A stretch of 64,000 nucleotides of DNA from an uncultured delta proteobacterium (GTDB lineage Bacteria; Myxococcota_A; Polyangia; Polyangiales; Polyangiaceae): positions 256,001-320,000 of the forward strand of contig CAVOKF010000008.1 in assembly GCA_963696385.1 (NCBI GenBank). The letters are read 5' to 3'. Shown here in pieces: positions 1 through 9,192 of the stretch. The notes under the pieces were generated by a model. That model was not told the DNA's origin. It was given only the letters and a program-made list of their open reading frames with translations, and ran no database searches. Position numbers and translations under genes: made by a program. Position 1 is the stretch's first letter. Every line of letters begins with the position of its first letter.

Positions 1-2
1 AG

Positions 3-404
3 GCGAGTTTTCGGTCGGCGTCGATCGACCCCGCGGCCCACGCATTCGTCGTGGCCGACGTTCAATCGTTCCTCGACGCCGCCCGTGTGAGGGGGCTCCG
101 GTGGGACCTCATCATCAGCGACCCACCGAGCTTCGCGCCGAGCGAGCGAGCCTTGCCGCGAGCTCTCGCGGCCTACCGCACCTTGCACCGCGGCTGCGCG
201 GCCGTGCTGGCCGACGGAGGGATCTTTTGCGCCTCGTCGTGTTCGAGTCACGTCGATGCGGCGGCGTTCCTCGGCACGCTCGACGACGCGGCGTTGGGCG
301 GCCGCCTGCTCGCCGTGCTGGAAATGAGAGGGGCCGGACCGGACCATCCGACGCTCGCCGCGTTTCCCGAAGGGCGATATCTGAAGTTTGCGATCTTGGG
401 CTGA
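3..404 (+). CDS. Class I SAM-dependent rRNA methyltransferase (RlmI/RlmK-like), C-terminal part; starts before window
   Basis: WDLIISDPPSFA motif, SSCSSHV, and C-terminal DHP..AAFPEGRYLK typical of the RlmI family. Confidence 0.85.
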   Translation, partial: ASFRSASIDPAAHAFVVADVQSFLDAARVRGLRWDLIISDPPSFAPSERALPRALAAYRTLHRGCAAVLADGGIFCASSCSSHVDAAAFLGTLDDAALGGRLLAVLEMRGAGPDHPTLAAFPEGRYLKFAILG

Positions 405-410
405 CCTGGG

Positions 411-995
411 TCAGCGACGCTCGAGCTCGTAAAACTGCGCGGCGCCGCCGAGCACGTGATAGACGCCGCAGCCGAGGGGTTCGAAGTAGCGAGCGAGACT
501 GCGCCGGTAGAATGCCGCGGGGCGCGCCAGAACGCGCACGTCGGTGCGAGATCGGTCGCAGACGTCACGCAAATCACGCGCGGTAACCGCCTCGACGTAC
601 AGAAAGCCCCGGCACATGGCGGCCATGTTGGCGATGGCTCGGTCGCAGTCGCGGTCCGGCAAATACGGCAGTACGCCCTGGCACACGACGAGATCGTATT
701 TGGTGCGCCCACGCCACTTGGCAATGTCGCGCCGCTCGTGGCCGTATTTCTCGCACGCGTAGTCGCTCACGTCGATCGAGCGGTACTGGACAGCCGGCAT
801 GTGGGTCCGAAACCACCGGCCCCAGAGTCCGATGCCGGCCCCGACGTCGAGCACGCGCTCGATCTCGCAGCCGAACCACTGCGCGAAACCAGTGACGCCG
901 CTCGCGAGGCCGCCGATCTGATCGGCATCGTAGACACGCGACCGGCGCGACTCGTAAAACCGCCGGAAGTACGAGCCGTCGAACGAGACGCTCAT
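411..995 (-). CDS. Class I SAM-dependent methyltransferase
   Basis: VLDVGAGIG motif I and YDLVVCQGVLPYL; start taken at MSVSFDG. Confidence 0.8.
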   Translation of the reverse strand: MSVSFDGSYFRRFYESRRSRVYDADQIGGLASGVTGFAQWFGCEIERVLDVGAGIGLWGRWFRTHMPAVQYRSIDVSDYACEKYGHERRDIAKWRGRTKYDLVVCQGVLPYLPDRDCDRAIANMAAMCRGFLYVEAVTARDLRDVCDRSRTDVRVLARPAAFYRRSLARYFEPLGCGVYHVLGGAAQFYELERR

Positions 996-1149
996 CCGAC
1001 GAACGTCTAGCAGCTCCGCCGCGCCACCGGACCCCCAAAAACGTGCCGGCCGAGCTCCAGTGACATGGACGCGTCGGCGTGGATTGGCTACCTTCGGCAC
1101 GCCGGTCGCGAGTTCGTATGCACACCGCAAGATGGATGAGCGGACGACG

Positions 1150-1443
1150 ATGACCACCCGCCTGTACGTGGGCAATCTGTCGCACGACGCAACGGCTGAG
1201 ACGCTGCGGGCCGCATTCGGACTGTACGGCGAAGTCGTGGACGTTCACGTCTTGATCGACCGATACAGCGGGCGCCCGCGCGGGTTCGCGTTCGTCACGA
1301 TGGCCTCGCACGAACAGGCGGATCAGGCCATCGCGCGGATGAACGGCACGATGTTCGAAGGGCGTCCGCTGCGGGTGAGCGAAGCGGAGTCGGGCCCCTC
1401 GCACGCGACCGGTGGTCCGGGCGGCCCAGCGCGCCATCGGTGA
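1150..1443 (+). CDS. RNA-binding protein, single RRM domain
   Basis: RNP2 LYVGNL and RNP1 RGFAFVTM. Confidence 0.92.
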   Translation: MTTRLYVGNLSHDATAETLRAAFGLYGEVVDVHVLIDRYSGRPRGFAFVTMASHEQADQAIARMNGTMFEGRPLRVSEAESGPSHATGGPGGPARHR

Positions 1444-1447
1444 GGGG

Positions 1448-2599
1448 TCAGGCCGACGAGCAGATCGCGCGCACGTCGTCGTCGGTGAGCTCCCGCTTGC
1501 GGTCCGCGAGCGCCTGAAACGCCTTCAGCGCGCGGGCCAGATCGGCGCCGCCCAAATCGAAACCCAGAGCGCGAGCGCGGGCTTGAAACCCCGCCGTGCC
1601 CGAAAGCTTGCCGAGCACGATTTCGCTCCCGGTCGGGTGCCCGATCCGAGCCGGGTCGATGCACTCGAAGTTGAGGCGGTGCTTGAGTACGCCGTCCTGG
1701 TGAATGCCGGAGGCGTGGCGGAATGCGTTACGCCCGACGATCGCCTTGTTGGCCGGAACGGCTATGCCGCTTCGCTCTTCGACGAGCTTCGACAGCGGAT
1801 AAATGCCGGTGGTGTCGACGTCGGTGTGCACCCCGAGCGCTGCGCCGTGCACGGCGATCGCCATCACGACCTCTTCGAACGAGGTGTTGCCGGCGCGTTC
1901 GCCGATGCCGTTGACGCACAGTTCCACTTGCCGAGCGCCGGCGCGCACGGCCGCGAGCGCATTGGCCGATGCCATGCCCAGATCGTTCTGCCCGTGAAAC
2001 GACAGGACGGACCCCTCGATCTCGGGTACGGAGCGACGCAGATACCCAAACAGATCTTCGACTTGATGGGGAAGCGCGTAGCCGACCGTGTCGGGCACGT
2101 TGATCGTCCTGGCGCCCGCGAGCAGTGCCGCCCTGACGAGCTGAGCCAAAAAGCCCCTCTCGGCACGAGTCGCGTCCATCGGCGAGAACTCGACATCGCC
2201 CACCGCGCTGCGAGCCCGAGCGACCATGGCTGTCGCAAGCTGCAGCACCTCGTCACGGGTGCGCCTGAGCTGATGCTCGAGCTGCACGTCGCTCGAATTG
2301 ACGAACAAGTGGATGCGAGGGCGGGCCGCACCGGCGAGTGCCTCGGCAGCCGCGTCCACGTCGCCGGGAACGCATCGGGCAAGAGCGCAAACGCTGGCGG
2401 TCCTCACCGCGTGCGCGACGGCCCGAACCGCGCGTAGCTCGGCGGAGGAGGCCGCGGGGAATCCGGCCTCGATGACGTCCACGCGCATCGCGGCCAGCCG
2501 TTCGGCAATGTCGAGCTTGTCGCGATCCGTGAACAGGACGCCCGCGGACTGCTCGCCATCTCGCAACGTCGTGTCGAATACGATGACCCGTTCGGACAT
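1448..2599 (-). CDS. leuA: 2-isopropylmalate synthase-like enzyme, short form lacking the C-terminal regulatory domain
   Basis: DTTLRDGEQ, PDTVG, GIGERAGN, HASGIHQDG, LGKLSG; only 383 aa. Confidence 0.8.
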   Translation of the reverse strand: MSERVIVFDTTLRDGEQSAGVLFTDRDKLDIAERLAAMRVDVIEAGFPAASSAELRAVRAVAHAVRTASVCALARCVPGDVDAAAEALAGAARPRIHLFVNSSDVQLEHQLRRTRDEVLQLATAMVARARSAVGDVEFSPMDATRAERGFLAQLVRAALLAGARTINVPDTVGYALPHQVEDLFGYLRRSVPEIEGSVLSFHGQNDLGMASANALAAVRAGARQVELCVNGIGERAGNTSFEEVVMAIAVHGAALGVHTDVDTTGIYPLSKLVEERSGIAVPANKAIVGRNAFRHASGIHQDGVLKHRLNFECIDPARIGHPTGSEIVLGKLSGTAGFQARARALGFDLGGADLARALKAFQALADRKRELTDDDVRAICSSA

Positions 2600-2640
2600 G
2601 GCGGACGCCCGTAGCGCGAGGACCTCTCAGGCCAAGGTCT

Positions 2641-2667
2641 GTTATAGCGACCCCCCCCCTCTGTCAA
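2641..2667 (-). promoter_or_regulatory. Putative sigma70-type promoter TTGACA-N15-TATAAC with a G9 tract in the spacer
   Basis: Minus strand reads TTGACA gagggggggggtcgc TATAAC, ~40 nt upstream of the leuA start. Confidence 0.5.
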
Positions 2668-2669
2668 AC

Positions 2670-3599
2670 TCACGCGCGTACGCGCAGGGCATTTCGCACC
2701 AAATCGACTTCGACCGGAAGCCCCCCCAACGGCTCGCCGTCGACGTCGAGCAAGAACACGCTGCGCGCTCGGTCGTTGGCGAGATCGATGCGGATTCGAT
2801 CGCATCCGAAATGCTTTACGCCGGGCGCCGCCAGATGCCGACCGCGATAGATGAGCCGCGAAAAAGCGACGAACGCAAGCTTGCTCGGCGCGTCCATGCA
2901 GATCACTTCGAAGCGCCCATCATCGGGCTCGGCCATCGGCGCGACGTGCATTCCTCCGCCGAAGTACTGCCCGTTGCAGATGGCAATCATGTACGCGGCG
3001 ACCTGCCGATCCTGGGCCACGCCGGTGAGGCTCGACGCGCAGGCGAGCTCACCGCGCTCGCACTCCGCAAGCGCGCGGGTGCTGGCCCACGCGTACGCGA
3101 AGGACCCTCCCCAACGCTTGGTCGTGCGAGCGACGTGGCGATCGACCAAACCGCCGATTCCCGCGGACAAGATGTTGACAAACCAGCGGGTTCGCGATGT
3201 GCCGTCGGGCGCACGGAACGTGACCTTGCCGACGTCGATCGTCCGATCGCGCCCGCGCGCGATGGCGTCGACGTACCGATCGAGCCGGTGATCGATCCCG
3301 ATCGTCCGCCGGAAGTCACCTCCGGTCCCTTGCCCGACGTAGCCGACCGCCGTGTCGCCGGGACCCGCGAGCACCCCGTTGGCGACCTCGTGCAGCGTTC
3401 CGTCGCCCCCGACGGCGATGACGAGCTTTCGCCCCTCCCGGGCCGCCGCGAGCGACAGATCGATGGCGTGGCCGGGCCGCGCGGTGGCCAGCACGTCGAC
3501 GGGGCCCAGACGCCGCTCCAGGACCTGTTGGACCTGCGGAAACACACGACCGGCCCTGCCGCCGGCGGCGTGCGGATTGACGACGACGAGCGGACGCAC
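2670..3599 (-). CDS. Diacylglycerol/lipid kinase family protein (YegS/DgkB-like)
   Basis: VVNPHAAGG, AVGGDGTLHEVANG, GTGGDF, NGQYFGGG, DVDGEP. Confidence 0.9.
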   Translation of the reverse strand: MRPLVVVNPHAAGGRAGRVFPQVQQVLERRLGPVDVLATARPGHAIDLSLAAAREGRKLVIAVGGDGTLHEVANGVLAGPGDTAVGYVGQGTGGDFRRTIGIDHRLDRYVDAIARGRDRTIDVGKVTFRAPDGTSRTRWFVNILSAGIGGLVDRHVARTTKRWGGSFAYAWASTRALAECERGELACASSLTGVAQDRQVAAYMIAICNGQYFGGGMHVAPMAEPDDGRFEVICMDAPSKLAFVAFSRLIYRGRHLAAPGVKHFGCDRIRIDLANDRARSVFLLDVDGEPLGGLPVEVDLVRNALRVRA

Positions 3600-3610
3600 C
3601 GATCGGACCC

Positions 3611-4576
3611 TCAGTCGTCCCGCGGCCAGACGACGCCACGCACCCGCAGATCCTCGACCGTCTCGTAAAGCGTCACGTTGGGGTCACGAGCGGTCCAGCC
3701 GAGATCGACCCGCGCCTTGGTCGCATCGACGTACCAAAAGCATTGAGCCATATCGGCCGTCGCCTCGTCCACGGGAGAAGCCATCCCGAGGCGCGACGTC
3801 AGGCGATCGAGCCAAGACGCTCCCAGGCGAACGACTTCGCGAGACCGCGGAAGAGAAAGCCACGGCGCCGCGACACCCGAGACGCGAGCCAGCCGGTTCA
3901 GAAATTCCCGCATCGTCAGGTTGCAGCCGCCGATCAGGTACCGCTCGCCCGGCCGTCCGCGGTCCATCGCCAAGCGCAACGCCTGCGCTGCGTCGCGAAC
4001 GTCCACGAAGGACAGACCTCCCGCCGGAATCGCCCCGACCCGTCCCTCGAGAAATGTCCGAACGTCGCCCGTCGAGGAGCCGTTTACGTCTCCGGGGCCC
4101 AATAAGAGGCTCGGGTTGACGGAGACCACGTCGAACGCCTCGCGGCCGCGCGCCAATGCGAGCTGTTCGGCGAAGAGCTTCGCACGGTAGTAGGGCCAAC
4201 GCCCGATGAGACCGATCGGCGTCGCGGCGGTCTCGTCCAGAACGGGCACGGGCCTCTCGCTCACGGCCACCGTGCCGCTCGTGGACGCGATGACCACCCG
4301 CTTTACGCCCGCCGCCTGACATGCGTCGAGCACACTTCGAGTCCCCTCGACGTGGGTGCGGTAGAGCAACTCGGCGTCCGACGGCTTGCGCGACACCTTG
4401 CCGGCGCAGTGAAACGCACCGTCGCACTTGTGGGCGGCGCGTCGGACGCTCTCGGGATCCAGTACGTCGCCACCGCTCGATCGCGCGAAGCCGACGACCT
4501 CGTGACCCCGTGCTTTCAGATCCCGCACCAAGTGGGTTCCGAGAAATCCGGTCGAGCCGGTCACGAGATACTTCAC
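3611..4576 (-). CDS. NAD-dependent epimerase/dehydratase (extended SDR), positional equivalent of ElbE
   Basis: YLVTGSTGFLG Rossmann motif and YYRAK catalytic YxxxK; GTG start overlaps the upstream TGA (GTGA). Confidence 0.85.
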   Translation of the reverse strand: MKYLVTGSTGFLGTHLVRDLKARGHEVVGFARSSGGDVLDPESVRRAAHKCDGAFHCAGKVSRKPSDAELLYRTHVEGTRSVLDACQAAGVKRVVIASTSGTVAVSERPVPVLDETAATPIGLIGRWPYYRAKLFAEQLALARGREAFDVVSVNPSLLLGPGDVNGSSTGDVRTFLEGRVGAIPAGGLSFVDVRDAAQALRLAMDRGRPGERYLIGGCNLTMREFLNRLARVSGVAAPWLSLPRSREVVRLGASWLDRLTSRLGMASPVDEATADMAQCFWYVDATKARVDLGWTARDPNVTLYETVEDLRVRGVVWPRDD

Positions 4577-7500
4577 GACGCCTGATCGAGCTGGAACACC
4601 TTCTGGAACGTCATGAGCAGCGTCGGGTCGTTCGACTTGAAGGCACCGGAAAGAAAGTCGGCCGCGCTGGGCACGTACGCTTCGCGCACGATTTTGGCAA
4701 ACATCTCCGGGCTCGTCTTGAGCACGCAGTCGGCCTGACCGCCTTCGGGCTTTCCGGGGCGGACGTCGCACCCGTGCGAATCCACGCGCACGGTCCACTT
4801 GGCGAGGTCATCGCTGCCCAACGTGACATAGTAACTGACGGGCCGTTCGATCTCGCCGGCGCGGAACTTGGCGCCGAGCTCCGAGAAGAGTCGGACCAGC
4901 GGATGCACGCGTTCGTCCGGGACACCGCGCCCCGGCTGCGCGCGGGCGAGGTCGAGCACCCCGCCGTCGCGAAGCGCCGTGACGGCGGCCTGGGCCAGCC
5001 TGGCGACCTCGCGAGCCGCCTCCGCGGGCGTCATCCTCGTAGTGATCCGCCGCAGATCATCGATGCACAGCGGTGGACCGATGCGCGCGATCGAGATCGC
5101 GCCGCGTCGGAACGTGCGCGCCCTTGCGCATCGCGGCGTGAGTCCCCCCGAGGTGGATGGGAAGGATGTCGATTCCGTGAACGAGCGCCAGATGGCCGAC
5201 CATGGGCTTGAACGCCTGCATCTCGCCGGTCGGACTGCGGGTTCCCTCTGGGAAGATGAGGACCGTCTTGCCTTGCTCGATGACGTCGCTCGCCTGGCGG
5301 ATCGATTGGCGGAGCGACGCACGGCGGTCGATCGGCTTGAGATTGGTCAGGTTCTCGAAGAAAGCTCGGGTGATCCCGCTTTCGAAAAAGTAGTCCTGCG
5401 CCGCAAGCGAGACGATGCCGTCGCCGTACGTGCCGAGCGCGTGCCGCACGAGGCCCATGTCCAGATGGCTGGCGTGGTTGGCCACGACGATGACGCTGCG
5501 GTTGTGCGGGATGTGCGATTGACCAGAAACCCGAGGATTCATCAGGTCTCGATAGAAGACATCCTGCAGCTTGCCGACGAGGACCTTGCCGATCGCCCGA
5601 GCCGGCTCCGGAAGAACCATCGGGCTTTCGGTCGCGCGAGCGATCGGCGGACCGTCGCGATCCGCACCCCCGTCCTGTCGACTCGACAGTCGCTCGACGT
5701 CGGCCACTGTGACGCACGATTGAAGGTGTTGGGGGTCGACGGCACCGACGCGCGCCTCGAGGACCTCGAGTAGCTCGGTCAGCATCAGCGAATCGAAGCC
5801 GAGATCGCCCTGCAGAAGCGTCGCGCCCCGGATCCGATCGACCGGGACACCGCCGACGGTCGCGATGGCCGAGCGGACCGGGGTCGCTTCGCGGGATCGA
5901 TCTTCCGCGGGTGCGCTCGCGGTCATGATGCGCTGCAGGATGGCGCGGACCTCGTCGCGCTTGACCTTGCGCGTGGCCGTTCGCGGCAGTGGAGCTTCGT
6001 ACAAGTGCACGATCGCGGGGCGCTGCGACGCTGGCAGATCGTCGATCGCCTTTCGGAGGCTGCGACGCGCTCGTTCTCTCATCTGAGCACGCGGCATCGA
6101 TTCGTGATCCGAAGCAACGGCGAGGCACGCGAGCCTCTCCGCGCCTCGAGACGGCACGCCGACCACGGCGAGCTCCGCGACGTGACCCACGTCGCCGAGG
6201 CGGTGCTCGACGTCCTCCGGGTAGACGTTCTCGCCGGTCGGCGAGATGACGACGTTCTTGATGCGACCGACGATCTCGACGCAGCCGTTCGAGTCCATCC
6301 GGCCGAGATCGCCCGTGTGAAGCCAGCCGTCTCCGTCGATGGCGTCGCGTGTTGCGTCGGCATCGGTATAGCCGAGCATCACGTTCGGGCCCCGCGCGAC
6401 GACCTCGCCGATGCCACGGTCATCGGGTCGATCGATTCTCAGATCGACGCCGGGCACGGGCTTGCCCACGCCGGGGTCGAGTCGCAAACCAGGCCGCGCC
6501 ACGGCGAGGACCGGCGCAGCCTCGGTCAGCCCGTAGCCTTGGGTCAGACGCAGTCCCAAGCCACCGAAGAGCCGTTGGGTCTCGACGGGCAGAGCGGCAC
6601 CCCCGGAGATGAGCCAGCGGATGCTCCCTCCGAGCTCGGCATGAACCTCGCCGAACAGCACCCGGCCCGCATCGACCCCGAGGTTGGCCGCGAGCCAGCG
6701 GTTGACCTCGACCGCGGCATCGAATGCGGCACGCGCCATCGGGCCGCGAGCGTCCACGTCCGCCAGGATGCGTCGCTCGAGCAATTGCCAGAGCGCGGGG
6801 ACGCCGACCATCGCTTTGGCCTTGGACACGCGCAGAGCGCGCGTAATTTCCCCACCGCTCAGATCGGGCACGTACACGACGCGAGCTCCGCGCGACAGCG
6901 GCAGAAGCAGCCCGCACGTGAACTCGAACGTGTGATGCAAAGGCAACACGCTGACGACGGCGTCTCCTTCGCGAAGCGGAAACAACGGAGCCAATGCCGC
7001 AACGAGCGAAGTGAAATTGGCGTGAGTGAGCATGACGCCCTTGGGGCGTCCGGTCGTGCCGCTCGTAAACAAGATGCTGGCGACGTCGCCCGGCTCGGTG
7101 TCGATCAGCGGTGGATCGAGCCCATCGCTTGGTTCGACCGCAGCGTGAACGTCGAGCCATGCGAGATCCGGGCGATGAACGGCCAGATCGTGCTTCGCGG
7201 CGACGGTCTCGTCGCCCACGATCAGGCGCGCTCCGCTCTCCGCGAGCACGCCCGTCCAACCCGTCGCGTCGAGCGCGGGATCGACGGGAACCGCCGTGGC
7301 GCCGGCGCGCAGAATTCCAAAATAGGCGACCGCCCAGTCCGGATCGTTTTTTCCGCTCAGGGCCACGCGATCGCCGCGCCGCACGCCCCGATCTTCGAGC
7401 CGCGCAGCCATGGTGTCGGCGCCTCGCCGGATGTCGGCAAAGCTCACCCGCGTCAAGCCCTCGTCGGTCGACCGCTGCAGCGCAAGCGCGCCACCGTGCC

Positions 7501-9188
7501 GCTCCGCCATTTCCTCGAGAAGGGACACGAGCGTCGGGTGGGCGCCCATGGGTTTGAGCTCCCGCTTCAACTTGCGGTCCATCTGCGGGATGATCCGCCG
7601 CTCCATCGCCGGCATGTGGACGTTCATCATCCAGTCGGCCCAATCGATCGACTCCGGTGCCCACGGGAGCTTGCTCTTGTCTTCCTCGGACAGCCGCGCG
7701 CGCGCGGCCCGCGTGTTCGAGCAGTCGAAGGGGCCGATGAGCGTCGACGTGAACGGCTCGAAGAGCCGTTGAATGTCGGCGATCTTGGCATCTCGTCGTG
7801 CCAAGGCGTCGAGCGCTTCCGCCGCCGGCGCCAGGACGGGAACGGCGTCCTTCACGAAGGAAGCGACTCGGCGCGCGATTCGCGATCGCGCGGGCGCGCC
7901 GACTCGCTCGAACTGCGCGCGGTCGACGAAGGAAGGCTCGTAACGCGCCTGCAGCGCGTCGAACAGAAGGTTTTTCGTACCTTTGCCACGGTAATGGGCG
8001 CGCTTGTACAAGCCCACGAGCTCTCCGAAGCGCTGCACGGTGCACGGGTTCACGTCCGCCGCTCCAAACTGGTAGACCGGCTTGTGCGTGCCTTCCAAGA
8101 GCTCGACGAGCGCCAGAATCATCCCGGCGACGACGTAGTCGACCGGAATGAGGTCGAGCGGGACGTGCCGCCCGAGGATCTGCGTCTCGCCCTTCATGAT
8201 GAGGTAAATGAGCGGCGCGCTCGTGTTGATGCCTTCGTTGTAGGCCGGTACCGGGTAGGCCATGCTCGACTCACAGGCGGCCGGACGTGCGATCGTGAAC
8301 GGCAGGCCGCTCGCCGCGATCACCTGTTCGCCGATGGCCTTGGTGTACGTGTAAATATTGGGAAAACCCCAATGGCCGGCTCGAATCGAGCCCCGCTTCG
8401 GTGATTCGATCCCGGACAAACGATCGCTTCACTCGAGCCAGTTCCAAATCGTAGGGCCGACCCCGGGTAGGCTCTCCGCGGGCCAACAAATGGGCTCGGG
8501 CGCGCTCGTCGAACTCGTGCCGACGAAATGCGTCCTCGGATCGGTGCTTCGCTTGCGCGACCAAATCGAGGCACTCGGCAATCTCCCGGTCGGGGTCCCA
8601 GAGATCGGCGCCAATCGCCTCGGCGCGCGGGAACGGCACGGCGCGCGGGTCCTCTTCCAGGATGGGCCCCTTGCGCGACCCGGCCACGTAGGCCGTGCTC
8701 GTGTGCAAGATCGGTACGTCGCCGAGCGCTCGGGCGAGATCGACGAGATGGACCGCGCCGAAGGCATTCGCCGACAGGGCGTCGTCGAGGGCGGGGTTGA
8801 AGTCCACGACCCCAGCGACGTTGACGACGGCGTCCATCGTGCCACGCAGCTGCTTGACGCGCGCCTCGCCAAGGCCGCAGAGCGGCTCGCTCATCTCGCC
8901 ACCGATGGGCACCACCTTGTCGCGCAGAAAGTCCGCGTAGCGCGGACCGTGCGTGCGGCGCAGAGGCTCGAGGGCTTCGCTCGTGGCCACTTCGCTCGCG
9001 AAGCGGGCCTCGGGCGTGCTCAGATCGCCCTCCTTCGACCGTACGACCAGGTAAATCCGCTCCACGCCTGGATAGCGATCGAGCAGCATCGACCAAAAGA
9101 TCTTTCCCAAAAACCCGGTCCCGCCGACGACCAGGATTCGTGCGCCCCGCAGGGTGCGCGCGACGTCGAGCATGCCGCCACGCATCAT
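4573..9188 (-). CDS. elbD: ElbD-like multifunctional lipid enzyme (fatty acyl reductase + acyl-CoA synthetase + ACP + PlsC-type acyltransferase + SCP2-like domain); split here by two +1 frameshifts (~8384, ~5091)
   Basis: Joins ORFs 8271-9188, 5057-8419 and 4573-5322. Motifs: GGTGFLGK and YTYTK (FAR); FTSGTTGRPKG, YGLTE, HTGDLG (ANL); LGFDSL (ACP Ser); NHASHLD, FPEGTRS (acyltransferase); ADCVLKTSPEMF (SCP2-like). ~1537 aa if repaired. Confidence 0.8.
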
Positions 9189-9192
9189 CGCC

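Noticed and set aside
5085..8390. Programmed ribosomal frameshifting in elbD
   Set aside because: No slippery heptamer or obvious stimulator, and the same lesion type occurs in housekeeping ahcY.
6005..8404. Long antisense/alternate-frame ORFs (also 15286-18156, 30372-33659, 18489-20924, 23460-25223)
   Set aside because: Shadow ORFs of high-GC genes, Arg/Ala-rich and without motifs, overlapping well-supported genes.
5057..8419. NRPS/PKS cluster
   Set aside because: No condensation or ketosynthase domain; the domain set fits a lipid enzyme.
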